Assembly (NCBI GenBank): GCA_934090775.1
Contig: CAKOKF010000001.1
Location: forward strand, 1 to 40,480
Length of the DNA stretch: 40,480 bases
DNA from: an uncultured Bacilli bacterium
GTDB taxonomy: Bacteria; Bacillota_I; Bacilli_A; RF39; UBA660
Direction: 5' to 3'
Shown here in pieces: positions 9,830-19,545 of this stretch. Every line of letters begins with the position of its first letter. Within the stretch, counting starts at the first letter, position 1. The notes under the pieces are model-generated. The model was not told where the DNA came from, made no database searches, and saw only the letters and a list, made by a program, of their open reading frames with translations. A program made the position numbers and the translations under genes.

Positions 9830-10759
9830 TCAAATAGAACCCTTATCTTTCTTACCATATATTAGCCTTTTAATTGGCGTCTTTAATTCTCTAAGACTTT
9901 GTTTACTTAAATGATAATGTTGCTCAATATAATCACTATAAAAATATTCTTTAAATTTATTTTTAGCCGTTGTATTATTTATTATTTCTAAACTTCTCTT
10001 TAAAATACCGGCAATTCTTGTGCAACTTAAATTTGTTATTTTGGCTATTTCTCGTTTCGTTAATGGTCTTACCCCATCTAATCCGTAATGCATTTTAAAA
10101 ACCTTTTGATAATTAAAAGATAAATATGCCTCTATTATCTTAATCATATCCTCTTTATCATAATAACAGTCATCTCCTACTTTAATATCCTCTCTTTTAA
10201 TATTTAAACAATCAATATTTTCTTTATTTGTAAATGCTATCACTCTTTGCATACCTTTAGCATCTACTCCCAATTTAGAAGCTAATTCATAAACATTAAG
10301 TTCTTCTATTCGTCCCATTTTTAAATCTTCTAAATACTTTAAATATGAAAATACTATATAATCAAAATTATCGCCAATCTTTGTTGTCGTAATCTCTAAT
10401 CCAATTTCTTTAGAAATACTCTTGCGAATATAAAAATAAGTCCATTGAGCAATATTACCATTTTGAAAATTTTTAATGCCATCAATAAATCCTTCTACTG
10501 AGGCCATAATTATATCTTCTAATTCTAATCCTTCAACATAATAATTTAAAGCATTGGTAAGAATAAAAGGGTAATAATACTTAATCAATATTGCTAAAGC
10601 TCTTTTATTGTTTTTTTTAGCAAGAAAAGCCAATCTAGAAAGTTTTTCTACTGTTATTCTTTCATATTTTAAATTCTTTAATTTTTCTATATCTTGCATA
10701 TCAATAGTATCAAAACTACTAACTATCTTTTCTAATCTTCTTAATTCTTCTTCAGTCAT
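9830..10759 (-). CDS. Divergent sigma-70 family protein with N- and C-terminal extensions
   Basis: Region 2-like LELEDIIMASVEGFIDGIKNFQ...WTYFYIRKSISKEI and region 4-like KVFKMHYGLDGVRPLTKREIAKITNLSCTRIAGILKRSLEII. The track start is ATG 10777; I prefer ATG 10759 (MTEEEL...), which has AAGGA 10 nt upstream. Confidence 0.6.
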   Translation of the reverse strand: MTEEELRRLEKIVSSFDTIDMQDIEKLKNLKYERITVEKLSRLAFLAKKNNKRALAILIKYYYPFILTNALNYYVEGLELEDIIMASVEGFIDGIKNFQNGNIAQWTYFYIRKSISKEIGLEITTTKIGDNFDYIVFSYLKYLEDLKMGRIEELNVYELASKLGVDAKGMQRVIAFTNKENIDCLNIKREDIKVGDDCYYDKEDMIKIIEAYLSFNYQKVFKMHYGLDGVRPLTKREIAKITNLSCTRIAGILKRSLEIINNTTAKNKFKEYFYSDYIEQHYHLSKQSLRELKTPIKRLIYGKKDKGSI

Positions 10760-10802
10760 ATTATATTTTTCCTTCATATGAAGGCTTATTCTAGCATAAT
10801 TC

Positions 10803-10831
10803 TTGTAAAAAGTAAAAGCTTTTGCTATGAT
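10803..10831 (+). promoter_or_regulatory. Candidate sigmaA promoter for the phosphomutase gene
   Basis: TTGTAA (10803-10808), a 17-nt spacer, then TATGAT (10826-10831), about 85 nt upstream of ATG 10916. Confidence 0.4.
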
Positions 10832-10915
10832 AGTAATGTAAAAAATAGAAAGGACTCAATTATACTATAATAATAATTATATTATTAAATAGTTAATTGA
10901 TTAAATGTGATTTAA

Positions 10916-12292
10916 ATGAATAAAAAAATATTCCGTGAATATGATATTCGTGGCGTCTATCCCGTCGAAATAGATGAAAAAACAGCCTATATCATTGGTA
11001 AAAGTTACGGTTCAATTTTACAAAGTAAATATCATCAACATATTTGTACTGTTGGTTATGATAACCGTTTATCCTCCCCTAGCCTTCATAAATCGATGGT
11101 TCAAGGTCTTATTGATACTGGCCTTGATATTATTGATTTAGGACTTGTTACTACTCCTATGCTTTATTATGCTTCAATTAAATGTAATACTCTAGGTATT
11201 ATGATAACAGCATCTCATAATCCGAAAGATGATAACGGTTTTAAATTTAGTTTTGATAAATATGGCAATGCTCGTGGTAACCAAATTTACGACTTCCGTG
11301 ATTTTACTTTACAAGATAACTTTTTAAGTGGTGAAGGTCATATTTATAATTTAAACATCTTACCATACTATAAAAGCTTATTTAAAGATAATATTTTTAT
11401 GGGCAAGAAAAAATTAAAAATAGTTTTAGATCCCGGCAATGGTACAACTGCTAATTTTGCTTACGACATCTATAAACAATTTAATAATTTAGATATTACA
11501 ATGATTAATGAAAAAAGTGATGGTACTTTTCCAAATCATCATCCCGATCCTGCGGTTCCTGAAAATTTAAAACAATTACAAGCGAAGGTTTTAGAGATTA
11601 AGGCTGATGTTGGGATTGCTTTTGATGGTGATGGTGATCGTGTTGGCTTTGTTGATAATGCTGGTAATATTGTTCCCGCTGATAAATTTTTATGTATCTT
11701 AATGCGTTATTACCTACCTAATTATCAAGATAAACGTGTCTTATATGATGTCAAATGCTCAAAAATAGTTAATGATACTGCCAAATTATATGGTATTAAG
11801 GATATCATGTATCGGACTGGCGCGTCTTATACTAGAAGTGAAATTGTTAAGGAACATATTCCTTTTGGCGGTGAATACTCCGGTCATATTATCTTTAATG
11901 ACCGTTTCAAAGGCTTTGATTCAGGCATTTACGCCGGCCTTCGCATGCTAGAAGTTTTATCTAATCTCGACATTTCTTTAGCCGAAGAATTAAATAAACT
12001 ACCTAAATATTACAATACCCCTGAAATCAAAATACCCACTCCTGATGAAATCAAGTTTCAAATAATAGATAAAGTTATCGCTTACGCAAAAGAAAAAAAT
12101 TATAACTGTCTTACCATTGATGGTCTTCGCGTTAATAATTCTACCTCATGGGCTTTAGTTCGTGCCAGTAATACTGGTCCTAATATCACTTTAAGATTTG
12201 AAGCAACTACCAATGAAGAATTAGAAAATTTAAAAAATGAATTTACAAATTTAGTTATAGAGTATCAAAAAAACTTCAGTAAAACCAACTGA
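10916..12292 (+). CDS. Phosphomannomutase/phosphoglucomutase family (alpha-D-phosphohexomutase)
   Basis: Phosphoserine loop TASHNPKDDNGFKF, metal loop AFDGDGDRVGF, sugar loop GGEYSGH, and N-terminal IFREYDIRG. Confidence 0.9.
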   Translation: MNKKIFREYDIRGVYPVEIDEKTAYIIGKSYGSILQSKYHQHICTVGYDNRLSSPSLHKSMVQGLIDTGLDIIDLGLVTTPMLYYASIKCNTLGIMITASHNPKDDNGFKFSFDKYGNARGNQIYDFRDFTLQDNFLSGEGHIYNLNILPYYKSLFKDNIFMGKKKLKIVLDPGNGTTANFAYDIYKQFNNLDITMINEKSDGTFPNHHPDPAVPENLKQLQAKVLEIKADVGIAFDGDGDRVGFVDNAGNIVPADKFLCILMRYYLPNYQDKRVLYDVKCSKIVNDTAKLYGIKDIMYRTGASYTRSEIVKEHIPFGGEYSGHIIFNDRFKGFDSGIYAGLRMLEVLSNLDISLAEELNKLPKYYNTPEIKIPTPDEIKFQIIDKVIAYAKEKNYNCLTIDGLRVNNSTSWALVRASNTGPNITLRFEATTNEELENLKNEFTNLVIEYQKNFSKTN

Positions 12293-12306
12293 AGTTTTTC
12301 GTTTTA
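12271..12306 (+). terminator. Rho-independent terminator (usable in both directions) between convergent genes
   Basis: 10-bp stem AAACTTCAGT / ACTGAAGTTT (12271-12280 pairs with 12288-12297) with a 7-nt loop. TTCGTTTT follows on the plus strand. An A-run precedes the stem (a T-run on the minus strand, downstream of the 12329 gene). The stem overlaps the TGA stop. Confidence 0.75.
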
Positions 12307-12328
12307 TATTTTCATTTTTCCAAAAATA

Positions 12329-13252
12329 TCATCTTTGCTTAGAACCATACTTTTGATATTCTTCTTCACTAATATCAACAAATTTTCTAATTTGCTGACT
12401 TGGTTCATCGCTGCTTAGAATAGAATAAAGCATCCTTTCACGATCAAAGCGAACTAAATGTTCGGCAAATTTTAAACCATCAGCAGTTTCTTCTATGGTA
12501 ACATAAGAAGCAGTATCGACTGGATCTTTTTCATAAGCCATTCCCATCGCCCTGATTGAATAAAAATCAGTACTAGGACTTTTTTCATATATTTTCCAAT
12601 GAACATGACCTTGAATTGCAGTATCAAAAAAATCAACCTTTTTCTTAGCAAATAAAGGTTCATTTAGAGCCGAAAGATATCCATTCAACATCGGACTATC
12701 GTCTCCATAAGTTTTTTTAAGTCTATCTATTTCGTATTTCATATCTTCTAATTGTTTTTTACTATTAGTATATAGAAATTGTTCATAAGTTTTTTCACCA
12801 TTTTTTAAAGCTCTTTGATAAGACCAAGTACTATTTCTTTTATAATCGAAACGAACATCATTAGCAAAATGACATAAAGCTATCTTTTTACCTGCTATTA
12901 ATAGTTCAATATAATGAGGATAAAGAGAAATAATTCCTTTTTGATGTTCATTCAATTTTGAAACCGTCCATAACTGACTTTGTTCTTTTAAGCCTTTTAC
13001 ATAATCAAAAGATGCAGTTCCTAAAGTTAAATAATCTTCTAAATTGCCAGCCAATGATTTAACATTATATTCTTCTAACAAATCAATAACTTCACCAGGA
13101 TTAGGACCAACACCAATATTATCACCTAAAGAATATATTTCCGTAATTCCCTTACTTTTCATATCTTCTAGCGCTGCTTTCGTTGGCTCTAAAAGTCCAT
13201 GCGAATCAGTAATAATTCCTATTTTCCTATATTTTTTGCTATTATTATCCAT
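12329..13252 (-). CDS. Metallophosphoesterase (YfcE/MJ0936-like calcineurin-fold phosphoesterase) with an internal insertion
   Basis: Motifs ITDSHG, LGDNIGVG, AGNLED, CHFAND and QGHVHW appear in canonical order, with about 80 extra residues between the last two. Confidence 0.8.
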   Translation of the reverse strand: MDNNSKKYRKIGIITDSHGLLEPTKAALEDMKSKGITEIYSLGDNIGVGPNPGEVIDLLEEYNVKSLAGNLEDYLTLGTASFDYVKGLKEQSQLWTVSKLNEHQKGIISLYPHYIELLIAGKKIALCHFANDVRFDYKRNSTWSYQRALKNGEKTYEQFLYTNSKKQLEDMKYEIDRLKKTYGDDSPMLNGYLSALNEPLFAKKKVDFFDTAIQGHVHWKIYEKSPSTDFYSIRAMGMAYEKDPVDTASYVTIEETADGLKFAEHLVRFDRERMLYSILSSDEPSQQIRKFVDISEEEYQKYGSKQR

Positions 13253-13400
13253 ATTCGATTTCTAACCTTTTAACGTTTATTTTTTAAGTTAATATAACAT
13301 TTTAATTACTTTTTTCTATTCATTTTTAGTCATAGCTAATAGTTTTTCCTACTCTTTAGTCTATTACAATATCAAGTATAACAAAATACCACTTAATTTT

Positions 13401-15578
13401 CTAAATTTTTAAAGGATTAATATCGATATCTAAATTAACATTCTTATTACTCGCATACATTCCATCTAAATATTTTAAAACGCCAAATAAATTTTTATCA
13501 ACTTTATATTTAATAATTACTTGATAACGATATAAATTACTAATCTTACCAATACTAGCCATATTTGGACCATATACTTTCGTATCTTGACTCGTATTTT
13601 TATTAATATAGTTAAAAACATTATTACTTTCTTTAACAACCAAATCAATATCCTTGCCGGTAATCAAAATATTTATAAGATAACAAAATGGTGGATACAT
13701 GGTATTCTTCCGAAATTGCATTTCATATTTATAAAATGCTTTATAATCATTCCTTTTAACAAAATTAATATAAGGATTATCAGGATTAAACGTTTGAATT
13801 ACAACTTCGCCATTACTCGTTTTTCTCCCAGCCCGACCTGATACTTGACTTAATAATTCATAAGTTACCTCACCGCTTCTAAAATCAGGAATATTCAAAC
13901 TAGTATCCGCATTAATAATACCAACTAAAGTAACCTTAGGAAAATCTAAGCCCTTACTTATCATTTGGGTACCAACCATTATATCAAACTTCTCATTTGC
14001 AAAATCATTAATTAAAGTTGCATAAGCGCCCTTTTTAGTCGTGGTATCAACATCCATTCGACTTATTCTAGCTAAAGGAAACATTTGTTGCAATTCTAGT
14101 TCTAACTTTTCGGTACCTAATCCCATGAAATTTAAAGAACGGCCACCGCAGCTAGGACATACCTCATTTTTTATCTTCGTGTAACCACAATAATGGCATC
14201 TTAAACTATTACTATCTTTATGAAAAGTTAAAGTTATATCACAATGGGGACATTTATAAACAAAACCACATGCCCGACAAGTAACCGTTGTCGAATAACC
14301 CCTTCTATTTAAAAGAAGCATTATTTGCTCTTTATTTTGTAATCTTTCTTCAATTTTTTCTTCTAATAATCTACTAATAATTGGATGTTTATTTTGCAAC
14401 TCACTTTTCATATCTACTAAACTAATTTTAGGTAATAAAGCTTTGCCTATTCTTTTCGTTAACTTAAGTAATTTATACTTACCATTAACAGCTTGGTACA
14501 TGTCTTCTAATCTCGGAGTTGCACTACCTAAAATAACGGGACAATTATTATACTTGCCACGCCATTTAGCAATATCGATAGCATTATATTTAGGAGTACT
14601 TTCTTGCTTATAAGTACTGCTATGTTCTTCATCTAAAATAATTAAACCAATATTTTGTAAAGGCGTAAAAATAGCGCTTCTTGTTCCGACAACAATTCTA
14701 ACTTCGCCTTTATAAATCTTTTGATATTCATCATATTTTTCACCATTAGATAAACCACTGTGAAAGATCGCTACCTCGGAACCAAAACGTCTATAAATCC
14801 GCTCTATCATTTGAGTAGTCAAAGAAATTTCCGGTACCAAAAGAAGCGAAGATTTGCCAAGTCTAGTAACCTTTTCAATTAAGTTCATATAAACTTCAGT
14901 CTTGCCTGAACCTGTAACCCCATATAAAAGATATGTCATATATTTATCAAGTTTAACATCCGAGGCAGCCTTAGCCTGCTCTTCTGACATTATTGGCTTC
15001 GTTTCTAACTTAACATTATCATAATTAAGACGATAAACTTGCTTTTTTACTTCTTTAACTAAATTTTTCTTTACTAAAGTTTTAATTGTACTACTATTTT
15101 CCTTATTCTTTTCAATAGAATTACCATTTAATAACTCAGTTAATATTTCTATTTGTTTAGGATACTTAATGGCCTTTAAATATACCTCTATTTCTAAAGA
15201 ACTTTTATTTAATTCTATGTATGTCTTATATTTACTATAATCATGATTCTTTTCTATTTTTAAACTACTAGGTAACATAGTATTAAAAGCACTCACCAAA
15301 CTACACAAAGTTATATTTTTTAAATACTTACCCAACTGTAATAATTCTTTATTCAAAACAAAATTTTCTAAAACAATGCTATCTATTTCTTTCAAAGAAT
15401 AATTACTTTGAAAATCATTATCTATTTTTAAAACAAAACCATTAATTATTTTTTTATTAAAAGGTACCCTTACTTGCATACCTACCTTTATTTTATCTCT
15501 TAAAATTGTTGGTATTAAATAAGTAAAAGTTTTATCAATAGTTTTATTGTTATATTCAATTAATATTTCCGCGTACAT
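13401..15578 (-). CDS. priA: Primosomal protein N' (replication restart helicase PriA)
   Basis: Walker A GVTGSGKTEVY, DEEH box (LDEEHSSTYKQ), and the Cys-rich zinc region CRACGFVYKCPHCDITLTFHKDSNSLRCHYCGY...CPSCG. RBS AAAGGA. Confidence 0.95.
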   Translation of the reverse strand: MYAEILIEYNNKTIDKTFTYLIPTILRDKIKVGMQVRVPFNKKIINGFVLKIDNDFQSNYSLKEIDSIVLENFVLNKELLQLGKYLKNITLCSLVSAFNTMLPSSLKIEKNHDYSKYKTYIELNKSSLEIEVYLKAIKYPKQIEILTELLNGNSIEKNKENSSTIKTLVKKNLVKEVKKQVYRLNYDNVKLETKPIMSEEQAKAASDVKLDKYMTYLLYGVTGSGKTEVYMNLIEKVTRLGKSSLLLVPEISLTTQMIERIYRRFGSEVAIFHSGLSNGEKYDEYQKIYKGEVRIVVGTRSAIFTPLQNIGLIILDEEHSSTYKQESTPKYNAIDIAKWRGKYNNCPVILGSATPRLEDMYQAVNGKYKLLKLTKRIGKALLPKISLVDMKSELQNKHPIISRLLEEKIEERLQNKEQIMLLLNRRGYSTTVTCRACGFVYKCPHCDITLTFHKDSNSLRCHYCGYTKIKNEVCPSCGGRSLNFMGLGTEKLELELQQMFPLARISRMDVDTTTKKGAYATLINDFANEKFDIMVGTQMISKGLDFPKVTLVGIINADTSLNIPDFRSGEVTYELLSQVSGRAGRKTSNGEVVIQTFNPDNPYINFVKRNDYKAFYKYEMQFRKNTMYPPFCYLINILITGKDIDLVVKESNNVFNYINKNTSQDTKVYGPNMASIGKISNLYRYQVIIKYKVDKNLFGVLKYLDGMYASNKNVNLDIDINPLKI

Positions 15579-15799
15579 ATTTTTTCCTTTCTTAATTAAT
15601 ACCTATCTTTAATAGTTAATAATAATTTTATTAGCTTATTCTAAAAAGTGTTTATCAAAATTATCCAATATATAATAAATCATTCTTACAACTAACTTCT
15701 TAAATTTCATTAAAATAAGTATACCTCTTATATTCCACTTTGACTACATTAATATTACTAACATTTCTTATTTATAGTTAAATACACCTATAATTTTAC

Positions 15800-15827
15800 A
15801 AAAGAAAAAAGTGTAAATATACACTTA
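15800..15827 (-). terminator. Rho-independent terminator downstream of the AI-2E permease gene
   Basis: Stem AAGTGTA / TACACTT (15809-15815 pairs with 15820-15826) with a 4-nt loop, followed on the minus strand by TTTTTTCTTT. Confidence 0.65.
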
Positions 15828-15845
15828 ATTTTTAATATTTATTCT

Positions 15846-16997
15846 TTAAAAAACATCTTTATTAAACCAGTCATATTTATTAGCTAAAAATCTATAAAGG
15901 ACTTTAAATAAACTTAAGATTGGCGTTGCTAAAATCATACCAACAATACCAAAGAAATGGCCAAAAATTAGCAAACCAATAATGATTGTAACTGGATGTA
16001 ATTGCATAGTCTTACTCATAACAACAGGTTGCAAAACATAATTTTCTACTAATTGCACAACGGTTGCTACTATTAAAGTAATAATACCAATAATTGGATT
16101 TTGAGAAAAGCCAACAATAACAGCTGCCGCACCACCTATATAAGGACCTATATAAGGAATTAAATCAGTTATGCCACAAAGAAGACCAAATAAAATTGGT
16201 GATTTCAATCCAGCAAAAGCAAATCCAATCGAGTCACATACAAAGACCATAAAGGCTACAAGTAAAGTTCCATTAACACACTTTCTAAGTTCATTCGCAA
16301 TATTATCAACTAAAATCTTTGTTTCTTCTTTATGACTCTTAGGGATATATTTAAGTAAATGATCAGTTACATCATTAAAGTCGAATAATAAATAGATGCC
16401 AACTACTAATGACACACCAATCGTACCTAAACCGCTAACTAAGGAACCGGCAATACTAACAATTGTCGATGGTAAATCATTTGCAATCCCACCAGCTAAA
16501 TTTTCCATCACTTTAAAAATATTATTTTCTATTTCCGTCACATTAAACATTTCACTACTATTAAATTTGTCTAAAAAACTAGTAATCCATAACTTAACTT
16601 GATTAAAAATACTAGGCAAAACCGCTACTAAATCATTTAACTGATTATAAAGTGTTGGAATTAACATTCCAAAGAAAGCAAACAAAATAATAATAAAAGC
16701 TAAATATACCGTAACACAAGCAATTCCTCGCTTCCAACCTCTATTTTCTAGCTTTACAACAATTGGATTAAATAACCAAGCTATCACAAAACCAATAAAA
16801 AATGGGGTTGCTACTTTTAAAAGAGTTACAATTAAACTTAAAATACCCCATTCTTTGATAATTAATGTTCCTAAAAAAATAATACCAATAATCATCATGA
16901 TATAAACTAAATGTAGTATTTTCTTAGATAAACCAACTACTTCATTAACATCACGAACATTAAGCTTGCCATTTTTCTTTTCTTTATCTTTATCCAA
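15846..16997 (-). CDS. AI-2E family (PerM/YtvI-like) membrane transporter
   Basis: About 8 TM segments and the family-typical C-terminal half ...GITDLIPYIGPYIGGAAAVIVGF...LATPILS. TTG start with a GGAGGG RBS 6 nt upstream. Confidence 0.85.
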   Translation of the reverse strand: MDKDKEKKNGKLNVRDVNEVVGLSKKILHLVYIMMIIGIIFLGTLIIKEWGILSLIVTLLKVATPFFIGFVIAWLFNPIVVKLENRGWKRGIACVTVYLAFIIILFAFFGMLIPTLYNQLNDLVAVLPSIFNQVKLWITSFLDKFNSSEMFNVTEIENNIFKVMENLAGGIANDLPSTIVSIAGSLVSGLGTIGVSLVVGIYLLFDFNDVTDHLLKYIPKSHKEETKILVDNIANELRKCVNGTLLVAFMVFVCDSIGFAFAGLKSPILFGLLCGITDLIPYIGPYIGGAAAVIVGFSQNPIIGIITLIVATVVQLVENYVLQPVVMSKTMQLHPVTIIIGLLIFGHFFGIVGMILATPILSLFKVLYRFLANKYDWFNKDVF

Positions 16998-17040
16998 TTT
17001 TATCCCTCCTTTAAATATATTCTAAATATATCATAATTAT

Positions 17041-17068
17041 CGAAAAAAGAACATACTTTTCGTATGTT
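17041..17068 (-). terminator. Rho-independent terminator after recD2 and the small ORF
   Basis: On the minus strand: AACATAC gaaaa GTATGTT, followed by CTTTTTTCG. The stem overlaps the small-ORF stop codon. Confidence 0.7.
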
Positions 17069-17198
17069 AAAGCAAGTCTACTTCATCTAATATTTCATTA
17101 AATAAAGCCTCATATTTTAATTTAGCCATTTTCTCATAAGCCATATATGATAATACAGCTAAACCAACTCCTAATGATATATTAAATAATTTTTTCAT
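17067..17198 (-). CDS. Small predicted membrane protein (43 aa), absent from the ORF track
   Basis: MKKLFNISLGVGLAVLSYMAYEKMAKLKYEALFNEILDEVDLL. It has an ATG start with AAAGGAA 6 nt upstream, one N-terminal hydrophobic helix, and a terminator immediately after the stop. Confidence 0.45.
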   Translation of the reverse strand: MKKLFNISLGVGLAVLSYMAYEKMAKLKYEALFNEILDEVDLL

Positions 17199-17276
17199 AC
17201 CAATTCCTTTCTAAAATTAGTATGAAAAAAATCATCTATTTTATACTTTTTATTAATTAATTTTAATCCATTATTA

Positions 17277-19469
17277 TTAAATATATAAAAGTAACTGTTC
17301 TTTTAAAGATGTTTTTCTATTCATACTATAATTATTATTAACAGCCATTAAAAAAGATTCTACTTCTCCAATTAAAACTAAACTATTCTTAGCTCTTGAT
17401 ACCCCTGTATAAATAAGCTTATTATATAACATCTTATAATAATTTTTAACAACAGGCATAATAACATTAACAAACTCACTACCTTGAGCTTTATGAATTG
17501 ATATCGCATAAGCCAGTTTAACATTTAACATTTCCGTTGTTGTCAAAGTTACTAAATTACCATCAAAGTCAATATTAATATTCAAAGCTTTCGAATTATC
17601 ATAACTAAAAATATCTTTTATATAGCCAATATCCCCATTATAAATACTCTTATCAGGATCATTCATTAATTGTAAGACTTTATCCCCTACCCGAAAGATA
17701 TTTTCACCTATTCTAATTTCTTTTTTCTTTTTATCTTTAGGATTAAATAAATCTCTTAAATTATTATTTAAATTATCAATTCCATTAATTCCTTTGTACA
17801 TTGGAGCAAGTATTTGAATTTCTTTATCGGTAAGTCCTTTCTTTATAGATAACTCACAAACTTTTTTAATACTTTCCACTACTTTATCACTACTTACTTG
17901 TAAGAAATTATAATCATCCTTTTTACTTAAAAATTCTTTTGTTAAATCTTTATTTTTAATTTCTTTAGCTAAATATGGTATAAAGGAATTTTCACTTTGC
18001 CTATAAATTTTTTCTAAAGGACAAAAATTAAATAAATCTGAAGCAATTAAATCACTTAAAACTAAGCCACTGCCAACTGAAGGTAACTGGTCTTTATCCC
18101 CAACTAAAATCAATTGAATATTACTAGTTAATCCTTTAAGTAAGGCATCAAAAAGGTTAGTATCAATCATACTTACTTCATCGATAATAATTAAATGATG
18201 ATAATTTTTATTTAATTCATTAACCTGAAATTCATTTGTATCTTTGTTCCATTTTAAATATTTGTGAATCGTTGAAGCCCCTAGCCCAGTTGCTTCACTT
18301 AGTCTTTTTGCAGCGCGCCCTGTCGGTGCTAAAAGAGCAATATAAGCATCAACGTTTTTTGGCCCTAAATTATACATTTTCATATAAAGACTAGTTATAG
18401 CTTTAATTATTGTCGTTTTACCCGTTCCTGGACCCCCAGTTATAATACTAATTCGACTTTCTAAAGTTTTCTTTATAGCCTGCAACTGATTTTCATCATA
18501 AGTTACTCCTAACCGTTCTTGTAATTTTACTACCTCCGTATCAAACATACTAATATTTTTACTGACAATAGGTAAATTATTAATATAATCAAGAGTCTTA
18601 GCAATATTAACTTCCATTTGATAAGTTTCATATAGATAAATTCTTTTATCTTTAACATATATATCATTATTATTTTGCAAATCTAAAATAATATTATCTA
18701 AATTATCATCAGTTAAAATATTAAAGTAACTTTTTAAACCATCTCTTAATTCTTCTTCATAAAAATAAGTATCTCCAGTTCTAATTTCTAACTGTTTAAT
18801 TGTTTCTAAAAGACAATTTTTCGTCCTTAAATCCTCATCAGGACACCCTAAAGTCATATAGATATTATCTAGCTTTTTAAAATCAATCAATTCTTTTAAA
18901 GCATAAGGATTTGACTTTGTAATGCTAACAGCATTATTACCAAATTTATTTATAATATTTAAAGCTTCATTAATTGAAAAACCCATCTCTTTTAAACTAA
19001 TTAACATTTCATCCGTATTAGCTACTTTCATTAAAGAATTATATATCTTTTCCGCTTTTTTTTGCGTCATTTTTGGGACAGTAAGTAATATTTCCAGTTT
19101 TTCTTTAATTTTTTTAATGGCATCATCTCCTAATGTATCAACAATTTTAGTAGCCGTAGCCTCTCCACATCCTTTGACTAAATCACTAGTCAAAAATTCA
19201 ATAACAGCATCTCGGCCTTTAACTTCAACTCTTTTATAATCTATAACATTATATTGATAACCATATTTATCTTTATATACTAAATTACCTTCCATTTCAC
19301 AGTTATCTCCAACTTGGAGATTAGCAAAATAACCAGTAAAATGAACAGTTTTACCAACAAAGTCTTCCATTTCTTTGTCGTCAGTTTCTTTGACTTTTAT
19401 AACTCCTACTTTATAATTGCTTTCCGCCTCAAAAATAAGTATTCGAATTTTTCCTTTAATACTGCCCAT
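17277..19469 (-). CDS. recD2: ATP-dependent RecD2-type (RecD/TraA family, SF1B) DNA helicase
   Basis: Walker A ITGGPGTGKTT, Walker B IIIDEVSMID, LVGDKDQLPSVG and AISIHKAQGSEF. The N-terminal region is typical of YrrC/RecD2. RBS AGGTGA. Confidence 0.9.
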   Translation of the reverse strand: MGSIKGKIRILIFEAESNYKVGVIKVKETDDKEMEDFVGKTVHFTGYFANLQVGDNCEMEGNLVYKDKYGYQYNVIDYKRVEVKGRDAVIEFLTSDLVKGCGEATATKIVDTLGDDAIKKIKEKLEILLTVPKMTQKKAEKIYNSLMKVANTDEMLISLKEMGFSINEALNIINKFGNNAVSITKSNPYALKELIDFKKLDNIYMTLGCPDEDLRTKNCLLETIKQLEIRTGDTYFYEEELRDGLKSYFNILTDDNLDNIILDLQNNNDIYVKDKRIYLYETYQMEVNIAKTLDYINNLPIVSKNISMFDTEVVKLQERLGVTYDENQLQAIKKTLESRISIITGGPGTGKTTIIKAITSLYMKMYNLGPKNVDAYIALLAPTGRAAKRLSEATGLGASTIHKYLKWNKDTNEFQVNELNKNYHHLIIIDEVSMIDTNLFDALLKGLTSNIQLILVGDKDQLPSVGSGLVLSDLIASDLFNFCPLEKIYRQSENSFIPYLAKEIKNKDLTKEFLSKKDDYNFLQVSSDKVVESIKKVCELSIKKGLTDKEIQILAPMYKGINGIDNLNNNLRDLFNPKDKKKKEIRIGENIFRVGDKVLQLMNDPDKSIYNGDIGYIKDIFSYDNSKALNINIDFDGNLVTLTTTEMLNVKLAYAISIHKAQGSEFVNVIMPVVKNYYKMLYNKLIYTGVSRAKNSLVLIGEVESFLMAVNNNYSMNRKTSLKEQLLLYI

Positions 19470-19487
19470 ATCATCACCTGTTTTTCT

Positions 19488-19516
19488 ATTATAAGTTAAT
19501 TAATAAATTAAGTAAA
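19488..19516 (-). promoter_or_regulatory. Candidate sigmaA promoter directly upstream of recD2
   Basis: TTTACT (19516-19511), a 17-nt spacer, then TATAAT (19493-19488) on the minus strand. No terminator hairpin lies between it and the upstream gene. Confidence 0.4.
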
Positions 19517-19545
19517 TGAATAATAATTATTATTTAAAATTTTTA

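Noticed and set aside
15636-15710. A 24-codon minus-strand ORF (MKFKKLVVRMIYYILDNFDKHFLE) in the 267-nt gap upstream of priA.
   Set aside because: The GAGG is about 12 nt from the ATG, the ORF has no distinctive features, and it is not followed by any structure. It cannot be distinguished from chance in AT-rich DNA.
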